DNA from: a virus
IMG/VR virus record: IMGVR_UViG_3300005253_000186
Span: 20,458-84,457 of that record
Strand: one strand, 5' to 3'
DNA length: 64,000 nt
The notes under the pieces are model-generated. The model was not told where the DNA came from. It saw only the letters and a list, made by a program, of their open reading frames with translations, and made no database searches. The position numbers were made by a program, and so were the translations under genes. Numbering within the stretch: the first letter of the stretch is position 1; every line of letters starts with the position of its first letter. Positions 44,054 through 53,809 of the stretch are shown one piece after another.

Positions 44054-44462
44054 CTGTCTTCTCCTCGTCTACGGGCCGAATTTTCTCGACTTCTCTGAAT
44101 CGACCTTTCCCGAGCGCCTCCCCGATGAGCGCGCCGATGTGTTCGTCGTAATATCCGGACTCGACCTGATCCACAGCCTCTTTCCTGGTTTTGACACCTT
44201 CGACGATGAAACGGATGCCGCACTTGATTTCAACCTCGTATTTGTCTCTGTCCTGGTCCGGAACGTCTTCGGTAATATTGGCATGGATACTTGAGATCAC
44301 GTGATGCATGAGCGACGTGTGCGTCCGAAGCGAAGAGACTGCGCCACCCATGTGGTCAGGGAAATCCGCCATGTTGCTCTTCAACCTGCTCATCAATATG
44401 CCTCCGATGTTTCGGTAGGCCCTGATGAGATCGTCTATTTCTTTTGTTTCAGTTTTGTCCAT
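44043..44462 (-). CDS. hypothetical protein
   Basis: start reassigned to MDKTET with GGAG. Confidence 0.6.
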   Translation of the reverse strand: MDKTETKEIDDLIRAYRNIGGILMSRLKSNMADFPDHMGGAVSSLRTHTSLMHHVISSIHANITEDVPDQDRDKYEVEIKCGIRFIVEGVKTRKEAVDQVESGYYDEHIGALIGEALGKGRFREVEKIRPVDEEKTDEA

Positions 44463-44815
44463 CAGATTCTCCAAATAGAGTGAAGCGCCTGCATCAGGCT
44501 GATCGTCCCGGGAAACGGGACAAAGAACATTATTAGAGTGCCGTATGCAAATACTTCGTGGAAGCACTCTGGGCAAAGGTTCCTCCTGTTGTGTCGATGC
44601 AGCGGTCCGGGCGCGATAAGGCAGAATTTATCAATGCACCTTGTCCACTGAAAGTCCGGCATGAAAACTTCCATCGAGTTAAAGTTGCAAACCGAATAGT
44701 AGACGGGAGCTCTGCACATCCGGCACAAGATTATGGAATTTGCAGGGACAGGAGGCCCCTTCAGGACAATCTTTCCCATCAGGGACATTTTCGTGTCCGC
44801 CTCCAAAATGCTCAT
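44462..44815 (-). CDS. Zn-finger protein, AGSI-CxxC family
   Basis: VPANSIILCRMCRAP...CPEC. Confidence 0.6.
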   Translation of the reverse strand: MSILEADTKMSLMGKIVLKGPPVPANSIILCRMCRAPVYYSVCNFNSMEVFMPDFQWTRCIDKFCLIAPGPLHRHNRRNLCPECFHEVFAYGTLIMFFVPFPGTISLMQALHSIWRI

Positions 44816-45483
44816 TCTTCCTCCTCGTCCTCCTCGTCCTCGTCGATCTTAAGCAGGCTCTCGTCAAACGACCCGTCCTGTTCGACCTTGATGACGCCGT
44901 TCTTCCAGCCCTCGACGAGCGGGTAGAAATCCTCCTCCTTACAGATTTCAAACCCTTTCTTCTCGACTTCCTCCGCGAGCTCGCTGGTGATTTGGTAGAC
45001 GGGCTTGCCGAGAGCTCCATCAATATCGTTCACGAGGATCTTGGCAACATCTTGAAGGGATGCCTTGTTCGGCGCCGCGGGCGACGGCTGCGGTTGAGAT
45101 CCCGGTGCTGGCGCCGTCTGGGCCCCGCCTTGCTGTTGCGCCTGCTGCTGTGTCTGCTGCTGTGCGGCTTGGTTGCTCTGGACGTTTGCGACCGCCTCGT
45201 CGAGCTCTTCCTGTGTGGACCGTCCGAGATATACGTCGGCCTGGATGTTGTAGATGCTGTAGCACATCTCGAACTCGCCTTCTGTCAGGACTACTTCTCC
45301 AGATAGTTTCTGGCCGGACTTGAGAATTTCCATCGTAACGCCTGGGTACTGCTTCACGGCATAGGAGTGGCTGCTTCCGCCCTCGATGATCGTAAACGTG
45401 TCCCTGTGCAGCATCCCCTCGGACGGATGCCCGCGGTTCTCAGGTTTGTACTTTTCAGAATCGAGTTTATCGAGAAGTGACAT
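44812..45483 (-). CDS. hypothetical protein with Gln-rich linker and acidic tail
   Basis: GGAG RBS; GGTATAAG upstream; acidic tail reminiscent of SSB-like proteins (unverified). Confidence 0.65.
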   Translation of the reverse strand: MSLLDKLDSEKYKPENRGHPSEGMLHRDTFTIIEGGSSHSYAVKQYPGVTMEILKSGQKLSGEVVLTEGEFEMCYSIYNIQADVYLGRSTQEELDEAVANVQSNQAAQQQTQQQAQQQGGAQTAPAPGSQPQPSPAAPNKASLQDVAKILVNDIDGALGKPVYQITSELAEEVEKKGFEICKEEDFYPLVEGWKNGVIKVEQDGSFDESLLKIDEDEEDEEEE

Positions 45484-45519
45484 GAGTAGTCTCCACCGGT
45501 AGGTAGTTCCCTTATACCA

Positions 45520-45921
45520 TCATTGGACTGTTTCTATTTGGTCCCAATTGCCGACGATCGCTCTCGCCAGCTCTTCGTCCGCATCAAGCGCGGCAATAAT
45601 TACACAGATCGCGACGGACTCCTGCGCAACATCCATGGACAGCAACTTCGTAACGGTCACGTAGACGCCCGAGGGCAAGTAGATCCTTCTCCTCCCATAT
45701 TTATCAACGAGAATGTGGAATGTATGACCGCAACATGGGCAGATACCAGACTTCTCGATTTGATGCCTATGCTCGTTCCAATAAACCCTGGTCTTGAGAT
45801 GTTCGTGATCTTTCCACTTCTTGATGTTCAATCGATACTTGATTGCGAAGTAGATCCACGGTACAAATAGTATCACCGCGAAAACTACAACTGTTCCGTA
45901 CATAGAGTGCCTCCTTGCCAA
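45520..45921 (-). CDS. membrane-anchored hypothetical protein
   Basis: N-terminal TM segment, CPCC. Confidence 0.55.
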   Translation of the reverse strand: MARRHSMYGTVVVFAVILFVPWIYFAIKYRLNIKKWKDHEHLKTRVYWNEHRHQIEKSGICPCCGHTFHILVDKYGRRRIYLPSGVYVTVTKLLSMDVAQESVAICVIIAALDADEELARAIVGNWDQIETVQ

Positions 45922-46298
45922 GAAAACGACCAGATCCCAGAGCCAGCATAATCGACGGCTCTCAAGAGATACCCTTCGAGGTTGGGTATCGTCTGGACCT
46001 GCTACAGTCTATGCGAGATTACTTCGCCGAGATTTACGGCAATAAGGAACTGTTTTTTGACGTTGAGACCGTAGAGGACGAAACGCTGTGCGAATGGTGC
46101 TCCCGTCACACAGAATTTTACAACGAAGCATGCCGGCTTGTCAATGACTGTGCAGTCAGGGGACACTTTTTCGATCCTAGAGAGATTGCAAAGCTCAAGA
46201 ACTATCACCTGGAAAAGGCGCAGATGATTAGCGCCGTCCTAGTGGGGCGGGCAAATAGGAGGGCTAAAGGCACGGGCGCCGAAGCGCCCGTGCAATAG
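45915..46298 (+). CDS. hypothetical protein (lone + strand gene)
   Basis: protein-like ORF filling the gap; ends at a hairpin (46269-46293). Confidence 0.45.
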   Translation: MPRKRPDPRASIIDGSQEIPFEVGYRLDLLQSMRDYFAEIYGNKELFFDVETVEDETLCEWCSRHTEFYNEACRLVNDCAVRGHFFDPREIAKLKNYHLEKAQMISAVLVGRANRRAKGTGAEAPVQ

Positions 46299-46391
46299 CA
46301 GACAATCACCTATAGTCGGGCTCCGCCAGATTGCCCAACGGGCTGGGGAGGGGATGTGTGCTGTGGGGGTGACGGTCGCATGGTTTCCTTT

Positions 46392-47438
46392 CTACGGCTG
46401 GGGGGCCGCGATCAACTTCTGTACTTCCTTGGGGAGTTGTCCAGTCACCTGTGCGATCTTCGGAACACGCTCCAGGCACTTCTTGATGGACGACGGCAGG
46501 TGTTCTGACCACATGCTGTCGATCTCCTGTTCGCGCTGAAGATCAAGATCTCGAAGTAAGGTCAGCCGCTGGGCTTCGAGATTTGCTTGGGCCTCCGTGA
46601 ATCTAGCGCGCACATTGGCCTCGTGCTGCTCTTCGACTTCAACCAGCTCCTTTGTGAGGCTGGCCTCTGCGTCCTTGTGCGCCCAGTCCTCTTTGTCGAT
46701 GACCCCGACCTCGACTTTGAGATCGTTCGTTTTCTCGGAGGATTCCGCCTTGATTTTGGCGATCTTTTCGTTGGCCCTTCCCACGCTCGATTCTATCCTG
46801 GAGCTGAGGTCGACCTTCTTTCTCTCGATCGCCAACCGCTTTTCGCGGATCTCGGCCAAGCTCTCCTCGATCTCGCCCATCTTTTTTACCACGGGCCCGT
46901 TGCTGCTTTTGATGGCTTCGAGGATCTGCTGATTCAAGTGGACTTCTCCGGCCGCGAATCGCTTCTCAATGTCTCTGCGCAGGGACATGAATCTGCTATC
47001 GAGAAGCCGCTCTCCCAACTTGATTGTGTCTTTACTGTGCTTGAGATGGCCGTTGCTGTGCGGAGCCTTTACTGGTGTTCCTGGAAGCTCTGCTGGCTCG
47101 GGAAGATTGGGGGTGCCGATCTCGTGGTAATAGATCAGGATCACCTCCCAAAACATCTGCAACACATCGGGCATGGCCTTCCGCCACGTTTTGCGGAGAT
47201 CCTCAACCTTCTTCACGATAGGGTTCAACCAGGGATTCTCGCTCCGCTTTAGGCTCCAGAAGCTTCCTCGGCCACGGTACAGCTCCTGGACGGTATTTTC
47301 CTCCATGCCGTCGGATACCAAGGTGCCCCAGATTCCCTGGAGCCAATCGTAGATCTGCTGTTTTCTTCCTGTCATCTTTGCCACAGAAATATCCTCCAGG
47401 TTATCGGCTTGTGTTCGAGTTAGAAATGTCCCGGACAA
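46392..47438 (-). CDS. coiled-coil protein
   Basis: long heptad-rich region. Confidence 0.65.
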   Translation of the reverse strand: MSGTFLTRTQADNLEDISVAKMTGRKQQIYDWLQGIWGTLVSDGMEENTVQELYRGRGSFWSLKRSENPWLNPIVKKVEDLRKTWRKAMPDVLQMFWEVILIYYHEIGTPNLPEPAELPGTPVKAPHSNGHLKHSKDTIKLGERLLDSRFMSLRRDIEKRFAAGEVHLNQQILEAIKSSNGPVVKKMGEIEESLAEIREKRLAIERKKVDLSSRIESSVGRANEKIAKIKAESSEKTNDLKVEVGVIDKEDWAHKDAEASLTKELVEVEEQHEANVRARFTEAQANLEAQRLTLLRDLDLQREQEIDSMWSEHLPSSIKKCLERVPKIAQVTGQLPKEVQKLIAAPQP

Positions 47439-47478
47439 GGGGATCTCGCGAGCTGTCCTCCTTATCCGGGACGAAGAC

Positions 47479-48048
47479 TTATTGGCCTACCTCGACCGCG
47501 GCTTCGACTGGTGCTGGCTCCTCGGTCTCGTGGGGGGAAGCATCTTCTACTTTAATCCCGACACTCCGAAGCTTCTCGGCAAGTGTGCGTGTGTCGGGCA
47601 GAAGCTCTTCCTTCTCGGCCTGTTCCAGATCTTCCTCCTCTTCTTCGGGACAAAGGAAGGCATTGAGCTTCAGGGACGCGATGAGTTCTGCCCCTGACGT
47701 GAAGAGACGATCCAGGTCCTTGAACGTGGTGAGATCTTGAATCGGCCTGCCAACTAGGTTTTTATGCTCCGCCTCAAATGTCTCGGCAGCATCCTGTAGC
47801 AGTTGCAGCAAGCCAGCGTCGAAGGTCACACTCGTCATTAGGGGGGTTGGATCGAGATATTCCGGTGAGTTACCGGGATTTTTGTCTGGTGCCCTTTTTT
47901 TCTTGTTCCGCTTGTCCAGGCACTTCTGGCACCTAGCGGGCAAAAATAGACCTTTTTTAACGTACCACTGGACGTGTTCAGCCTGGATACTGAACAAGGT
48001 CTTGCAATCACGGCATTTCTTTACCGCCTCTCTCTCGCCTGCTGTCAC
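47479..48048 (-). CDS. Zn-ribbon (zf-trcl-like) protein
   Basis: CRDCKTLF...WYVKKGLFLPARCQKC; GTG start with AGGAG downstream of GGTATAAG at 48100. Confidence 0.7.
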   Translation of the reverse strand: MTAGEREAVKKCRDCKTLFSIQAEHVQWYVKKGLFLPARCQKCLDKRNKKKRAPDKNPGNSPEYLDPTPLMTSVTFDAGLLQLLQDAAETFEAEHKNLVGRPIQDLTTFKDLDRLFTSGAELIASLKLNAFLCPEEEEEDLEQAEKEELLPDTRTLAEKLRSVGIKVEDASPHETEEPAPVEAAVEVGQ

Positions 48049-48343
48049 CTTCTCTCCTTTTGGGCTTGGGCCGATATGAATAACCGTCTCTTCAATTATC
48101 TTATACCCAAAAACTTGCCCCATAATTTTCGATGATGATTCGAAATATTTGAGCATTCGGTGTTAGGGTAAAGCCATAAGTCTTGATTGGCAAAGGATTT
48201 TCCGTATCCCCTTATAGCAACTAGGGTTGCGATGGAGTAAGAAGTGTAAGTAGGGTAAATAGTGGAAGTGTCTTTACCTGCTTGTAAGTACAAATGTAGT
48301 GCACATAAATATGGTGATGGTAAGTAGTTATACAAAAAAGCCA

Positions 48344-48371
48344 TTGACCTACGCATTGTGCGTCCTATAAT
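48344..48371 (+). promoter_or_regulatory. sigma70-type promoter of virion operon with palindromic spacer
   Basis: TTGACC-16-TATAAT; ACGCA-TTG-TGCGT in spacer; AT-rich divergent intergenic region. Confidence 0.65.
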
Positions 48372-48437
48372 CGTCATCATCATGATGTGGTCTACTGGGA
48401 GTGCCGTGCTAGATGATGTGCTCCGGAGGACTCTAGG

Positions 48438-49508
48438 GTGTCAAAATTCGACGCGATAAAATATGCTGAGTGGGCCCAGGATGCGGTCTCGGATTACTTG
48501 GAGAACGGAATGTCTCTGAACGATTCCATCTCCAAGATTGCGAGCGAAAACAGCCTCACGCCCGCGCAGGTCCGCCAAGTGTGCCAGCAGGCAAATGTCG
48601 GCGCCTACGAGCACATCTTCAATCAGTCGGAAGATAAGATCGATGCAGTGTTTGATCTTGCAGACGCGAAAACCATCGCCTCCTCCATCTCTGAAAATGA
48701 GAAGGTCGCAAACGACAATCGTTCGCACTCCGACTATTTCCTTGAGCCGCCAAGGCCGAAACTCAACATCGACATTAACGCGGAGTTCGGCGTAGAGCAG
48801 ATCTCCAACGAGCATGAAGTTGCTGCGCACGTTAATGATCTCGAACAGTTCATCGAGAATGCCAAACTTGCTTGCGATGAGATCCGCGCAAAGCAGCATG
48901 ATAACCAGATGGCCATGGTCGATACGAGACGCTCATTGCAGCACGAGGTTGAGCAGGCGATCCTCGTCTCGGACAATCCAGACCGAATGGGCATGATTCG
49001 CAAAGTGGCTCACGCTGTAGGCCTGGGGGTTGAAGAGGCCAGCCAGGAAGTCGCATTCAGCGAGATCGCGAAGATCACAGAGACCCTGGTCAAGAAAGGC
49101 GTGTTTGGCGCCCTGGCCCAATTCCAGGCCGAACAAGAAGGAACCGCGCACATCCGCACGAAGATCGCAGAGTTCTCTAAGCAGGCAGAGGCGGTTCAGT
49201 CCGATCTGATCTCGGACACGCAATTGACCGGATCCGAAGGATCACTGGCAAAGGTCAAAGTCGTCAACGGGAATCATCCAATCCTCGTCAGTATAAATCA
49301 ACTTGTCGACCAGGTCTCTGAGGAAGATCGTCTTAAGAGGGGACTGCTTCTTCTCGAAGACAAGGCGAGCTATGCGATCCGGCGGATCAACGACCTGAAC
49401 ACGTCTGCCCTGACAGATAAGTACGTCCAGCAGGAAACAATGGGCAAGCAGCCGGATATTAAGCCAAACCCAGATCCGGCTCTGCGCAGGTTTGCGAATG
49501 CAGGATGA
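48438..49508 (+). CDS. virion morphogenesis (prohead core-like) protein
   Basis: first gene of structural operon; helical; several K[IVLT]A sites. Confidence 0.6.
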   Translation: MSKFDAIKYAEWAQDAVSDYLENGMSLNDSISKIASENSLTPAQVRQVCQQANVGAYEHIFNQSEDKIDAVFDLADAKTIASSISENEKVANDNRSHSDYFLEPPRPKLNIDINAEFGVEQISNEHEVAAHVNDLEQFIENAKLACDEIRAKQHDNQMAMVDTRRSLQHEVEQAILVSDNPDRMGMIRKVAHAVGLGVEEASQEVAFSEIAKITETLVKKGVFGALAQFQAEQEGTAHIRTKIAEFSKQAEAVQSDLISDTQLTGSEGSLAKVKVVNGNHPILVSINQLVDQVSEEDRLKRGLLLLEDKASYAIRRINDLNTSALTDKYVQQETMGKQPDIKPNPDPALRRFANAG

Positions 49509-49797
49509 AGGGGTCAATGTGCTCATACGCTGCTTCATCGGCGAAGGGTCCGGTGACGACCTCGAAAAGGTCGCAGTCGTTGGCTCTTTGTTCAAGTTCA
49601 TTGGAGGCAAGGCGCTCAAGTCTGGCGGCAAACTGCTGGGCTGGTCGGTAAAGAATCCAGGGAAGGCTGCCACGGGCGGCCTCTTCATGATTCCGATGGC
49701 GGGAGCGGCTTACAGCAAGGGCAGGAGCGCGGCAATAAGGCCGGCGGGATACAATCCGAGCGCCGCATATTATCTGCCTCAGTCGAGAATGGTGTAA
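49498..49797 (+). CDS. small virion protein with EKVA leader
   Basis: acidic leader DDLEKVA then basic Gly/Ala-rich body. Confidence 0.6.
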   Translation: MQDEGVNVLIRCFIGEGSGDDLEKVAVVGSLFKFIGGKALKSGGKLLGWSVKNPGKAATGGLFMIPMAGAAYSKGRSAAIRPAGYNPSAAYYLPQSRMV

Positions 49798-50024
49798 TGA
49801 ACTGGAGCCAGAGCTCATTTCGAATACAGAAATCTCCTCGGGAGATGCAGGCTGAAGCAGAAAAATATCTGCGCCGCCACCGGAACTTCGTTCCTCCGAA
49901 GATCGATTTTGGTTCCCTAGAGGCAGGCCCGGAGCCCGTGAAGATGCCTGAATTTCAGGAAGATCGTCCTTCGCACGCCCCCATTCTGCCGGAGAGCAAA
50001 GAATGCCACTCCCAGAAGAAGTAA
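49797..50024 (+). CDS. hypothetical protein
   Basis: coupled ORF. Confidence 0.5.
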   Translation: MNWSQSSFRIQKSPREMQAEAEKYLRRHRNFVPPKIDFGSLEAGPEPVKMPEFQEDRPSHAPILPESKECHSQKK

Positions 50025-50797
50025 TCGCACTCAGGGACTCTGGAGTGCTGTCGGAAGACGACATGGCGAAGATCGCAGAGATGCGCGCCAATCTCATCGA
50101 GTCTTCTTCCGAGGACATGGGCGTATTCCTAAGCTCGATCGCTGACTCATTAAGATCCGTCTCGTTTTCCCCTGAAGACTTTGAGAAGGCCGCCCTACTT
50201 CTTAATGAAGAAGACGGCGATGAATACGAGAAGCTCGCCAAGGTCGATTGGGTATCCAAGATGGGGACGCTTAGCGGCGCCATGGCAGGGTTTGGCAAAT
50301 TCATCTCGAAGCACAAGAGCAAGATAACCCCGGCGTTCCTGGTTGGAATGGGACTCGCTCTTGGCGGCGGAGAGATCGTGGCGACCAGGGCGCAGGCCAA
50401 GGCGCTGACTTCGTCCTTGGGTCAGATAAAAGAGCAGTATCCAGAACTAAAGAAAGACAAGATGACAGACCAGCATTTTGAGGCCCTGTCAGCTTTCTCG
50501 CCTACCGTGGCCAAGAATCCCGTCGTTGCATCCAGTCTGCTCCTGAAGATGAAGCAGTGGGGATCGATCGATCACAAGACGATCCAGGATCTGATCTCTA
50601 TGGAGAGAGGCTTGCGAGACATGGGTCCTCGCGGCGGCGGCGTCGGAGACCTCTTGCAGTCTGCGGCTGCCGTACAGCAGCTCGTGGCGCCTGGCGAGGG
50701 CATCTTCGGTGGCGGAAGGCCGGCAAAAGCACAGTTCAATATTGGCGACCAGATCAGGATTGAGAACGTCGAGAGTATGAGCGTTCCGGGAGCATGA
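50003..50797 (+). CDS. virion protein with acidic pro-region and hydrophobic segment
   Basis: AKIA/EKAA/EKLA sites; PAFLVGMGLALGGG. Confidence 0.6.
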   Translation: MPLPEEVIALRDSGVLSEDDMAKIAEMRANLIESSSEDMGVFLSSIADSLRSVSFSPEDFEKAALLLNEEDGDEYEKLAKVDWVSKMGTLSGAMAGFGKFISKHKSKITPAFLVGMGLALGGGEIVATRAQAKALTSSLGQIKEQYPELKKDKMTDQHFEALSAFSPTVAKNPVVASSLLLKMKQWGSIDHKTIQDLISMERGLRDMGPRGGGVGDLLQSAAAVQQLVAPGEGIFGGGRPAKAQFNIGDQIRIENVESMSVPGA

Positions 50798-51141
50798 AGC
50801 TCGCGGTCTACAGAAGTAGATCGATGGGAACTGCTGACGTAGTTGGTAACGTCGTGGTGGACAAAGAAGGGGTTAAGATAACATCGGACACCAAGGAGCT
50901 CCTGAAGATAATCAGGATTTCTCTGAAGTCTCCGGCCAAGGTCAAGAGGATAAGAGGGAGATCGGCGACGAAACGAAAGCCCAGGGATGTGGCTGAGCAC
51001 GTTTCCAATTCTCTAAGACTCAGAATCTCAAGTCCTTACTGGATTGGTCCCAGGTTCATGGAGTTGGAACAACCCAAGTACGTGGAAGTGGTAGGACCAG
51101 CGGAACTAGAATATGCCGTCAATCCTATCGAAGTTGGCTAA
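50794..51141 (+). CDS. hypothetical protein
   Basis: coupled ORF. Confidence 0.55.
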   Translation: MKLAVYRSRSMGTADVVGNVVVDKEGVKITSDTKELLKIIRISLKSPAKVKRIRGRSATKRKPRDVAEHVSNSLRLRISSPYWIGPRFMELEQPKYVEVVGPAELEYAVNPIEVG

Positions 51142-51787
51142 CTATGACGAGTTCGACACGGCGGCTGGCGGTGGAACGAAGACGTACTGGAGAGGCTTTG
51201 AAAAGATCGTGCCGGCAGGAAAAGACGACATGGTCGGCAATCCAGACGGTCTCGGAGGCAACCGCACCAGGCCGCTGCCAGGAAAGTTGCAGAAAGACTC
51301 GTTCAAGAAGAAGGGCAAGAAGACAGAGTACTCGATGAAGAAGGTGGCCATCAAATTCTCGGCAGGTACGGTCGCCGGTCCGAAGAACACGATCAAGCAG
51401 ATGGGGAAAGTCACGTCTGGGTTCCCCATGAGCAAGATCTTCAAGACGACGCAGACGAAGCCAATTTCGGGAAGCGCACAACAGATGGTCAAAACTTCTG
51501 GAGACAATCAGATGGACTCATTTCTCATCAAGGGGTTTGCCGACGAGCTTCAGAAAGAAGCTGGAATCGGCCGCATGATCAAAGGTGTCGGGAAGTTGTG
51601 GAAACGAGTCGCGAAACCCATCGCTGGCCCAGGACTCACCGGGGCAAAGACCCGGAGAGAGCTGGCCGGCGAAGCGATTAAGGGCACCGTCGGCGCAACC
51701 AAGCAGATCATCAAGAAACATCCAGGAAAAGCTGGCCTGGCCGCTGGCGCCGGTGCTGGGTACATGCTGACGGGCAACAAAGAGTAG
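51113..51787 (+). CDS. basic virion protein with KxA sites
   Basis: MPSILSKLA; GFADELQKEA; C-terminal GLAAGAGAG. Confidence 0.6.
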   Translation: MPSILSKLANYDEFDTAAGGGTKTYWRGFEKIVPAGKDDMVGNPDGLGGNRTRPLPGKLQKDSFKKKGKKTEYSMKKVAIKFSAGTVAGPKNTIKQMGKVTSGFPMSKIFKTTQTKPISGSAQQMVKTSGDNQMDSFLIKGFADELQKEAGIGRMIKGVGKLWKRVAKPIAGPGLTGAKTRRELAGEAIKGTVGATKQIIKKHPGKAGLAAGAGAGYMLTGNKE

Positions 51788-51790
51788 AGA

Positions 51791-53788
51791 ATGTCACTCA
51801 CTAAATATATCCAGATCGACAGCCATCTTCCGGACGGAACTCCGGCGATCGAGCCGTTGCATTCGAGTCGTCTCATCAAGACGGCCTCGGTGACGAACTC
51901 GTTGATAAAGCAGGCTGCCGACGCTCTTCCCCAACGGGAAGATGGAATTTGGGTGCTTCTCAACGCCCTGGGCGCAGGCGAGTACTGGGGCAGCAATTCT
52001 AATGGCGACTATTTCCCTGAGGAATCGCTCAAGTATGCCTGTGACCTGTCGTATGATTGCCCCAAAGTTTACGACTACGGATTCAAGACCTTTGAGAAAT
52101 ATGCCTTCCCATATCGCCACCACGTCAACAAGGATCCCCGGAAGAGCGTCGGGGAGCGGGTGAAGCTGGCGGTCTGGAACGAAAACATGAAGCGGGTGGA
52201 GCTGATCCACTTCCTCCGCCGCTCATCCGAATTCGACGACTTTGGCGACATTATCAAGGTTGGCGCCCCGGATCTCGTCGAGCAGATTGAGAATGGCGAA
52301 ATCTGTTCGGTTAGCATGGGCTGCAAAGTTCCGTTCGACGTATGCAGCGTCTGCGGGAACCAGGCCAAAAACATTGCATCGTATTGCGATCATCTCAAAT
52401 ATGCGATGAACCAGGTCCTCGACAACGGCATTAAAGTTGCCGCGCACAATACGAGGCCCCGGTTCTTCGACATATCGTATGTCGAGAAAGGAGCCGAGAA
52501 GACGGCCAAGGTGCTCAAGAAGCTCGCTGCGTGTAAGGAGGAGGCTCAGCGACTGGGCAACCGGACTGTTATCTGGGTTGCAGAAGGCATCACTAGGGCA
52601 GAATCGAATCAGCAGGATTACTCTCTTCCTTCAGCTTTTTATGCGGAGCTCGTGAAGTCTGCCCAGCGCAAGAAAGAAGCGCAGGAAGAGCCGAAGAAGG
52701 CGGAAGAGAAGGCTGGAACGATCTCCAAAGTAGTGCCTTCTAACGTCGGGGCGGAGAGCGCTAATGGGCTCGCCGCCATCAACAAGGAAGTGGGCGCTCC
52801 GTTACTCAAAGCTATTGAGCCGGACATGCCCGAAGCTGTGATGAAGGTTCTGTCTCGCAGCCCACTTGGGGATGTATGCTCAACGATGACTGCCATGGGC
52901 ATGGCTCTCAAGCCGCACGAGATGCGACGAATCGTCATCATGAAGATCAAGGGCGGCAAGAGTCCTGATCAAATCGGGACCCCAGAGATCTCGGTTAATC
53001 GGGTTCGCCCCTCTCTTGCACGTCTACTGCATTCCCAGTTGGAGAAAAGATCAAGCCTGAGGGAGCCGATGCGCCGCCGTGTCCTGGATCTTCTGGCCAT
53101 GTCGCCAGATCAGATCATGGATAAAATCGCCGCAAACGATGAGGCCGCAAATCAAGAAGCTCTCATGCTTCAGGAATCTTCTCTGCTGGAGAAAGCAATC
53201 CCGCTGACGGCGTTGGCCGCGGCATTGTTCGCCCTCTACCGGAAGGGTGTAAAGGGAGCGAAAGTCCCGAAGTTCATTGAGAGTGCCTTTGCTAATCACC
53301 CAGAACTCCCGGCAGCAGTCGTGGGAGCGGGTATTGGTGGAGCATTTGGTCCTCTCGGCCGGATGATGGTCCGGAGTCTCGGCCAGGAAAAAACGGCAGG
53401 GAGGGCTCGCGAAGCCGCCCTGGTCGGCGGAGCGCTGTTGGCCCCTTATCTTTACTCTGGACACATTCAGGCGAAAGCCCTGAGAGGTGAACGGGTAACG
53501 AGGGGAGAGGTTGCTGCGGCCCGTAGTCCTGGGAAGATCGGACTGACTGCCGCTGGCTTGGTTGCCTACCGTAAACGTCTCGGTTCAAAGGCAAAACAGC
53601 TTGCGAAGGGACTGTTCAAGAAAGCTGAATCCAACTCCGGGTTGGATAACTTGTTCGAGAAGAGATCAAGCGCGCCGGTTCCAATTGAGGATTTCCTTCG
53701 ATATGGTTCCGACCCCGAGTTGGTCGATCTGGCGATCGCCGAGGGACTGCGCAAGGTTTCTGCTCGGTTGGAAACACTTGTAAGCTAA
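51791..53788 (+). CDS. prohead (capsid maturation) protease with Zn finger and C-terminal extension
   Basis: SNSNGDYF, YRHHVNKD, SVSMGCKV...CSVCGN...CDHL, FFDISYV; lies upstream of capsid genes. Confidence 0.75.
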   Translation: MSLTKYIQIDSHLPDGTPAIEPLHSSRLIKTASVTNSLIKQAADALPQREDGIWVLLNALGAGEYWGSNSNGDYFPEESLKYACDLSYDCPKVYDYGFKTFEKYAFPYRHHVNKDPRKSVGERVKLAVWNENMKRVELIHFLRRSSEFDDFGDIIKVGAPDLVEQIENGEICSVSMGCKVPFDVCSVCGNQAKNIASYCDHLKYAMNQVLDNGIKVAAHNTRPRFFDISYVEKGAEKTAKVLKKLAACKEEAQRLGNRTVIWVAEGITRAESNQQDYSLPSAFYAELVKSAQRKKEAQEEPKKAEEKAGTISKVVPSNVGAESANGLAAINKEVGAPLLKAIEPDMPEAVMKVLSRSPLGDVCSTMTAMGMALKPHEMRRIVIMKIKGGKSPDQIGTPEISVNRVRPSLARLLHSQLEKRSSLREPMRRRVLDLLAMSPDQIMDKIAANDEAANQEALMLQESSLLEKAIPLTALAAALFALYRKGVKGAKVPKFIESAFANHPELPAAVVGAGIGGAFGPLGRMMVRSLGQEKTAGRAREAALVGGALLAPYLYSGHIQAKALRGERVTRGEVAAARSPGKIGLTAAGLVAYRKRLGSKAKQLAKGLFKKAESNSGLDNLFEKRSSAPVPIEDFLRYGSDPELVDLAIAEGLRKVSARLETLVS

Positions 53789-53809
53789 ACATTGTAAAGG
53801 AGAAGTCAG

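Noticed and set aside
153-48079. Plus-strand ORFs in the left arm (and minus-strand ORFs after 48.4 kb)
   Set aside because: Antisense shadows of coupled, RBS-bearing genes or tRNAs; only 45915-46298 fills a real gap.
48110-48340. Replication origin in the AT-rich divergent region
   Set aside because: No clear iterons or DnaA boxes seen; adequately explained as a divergent promoter region.
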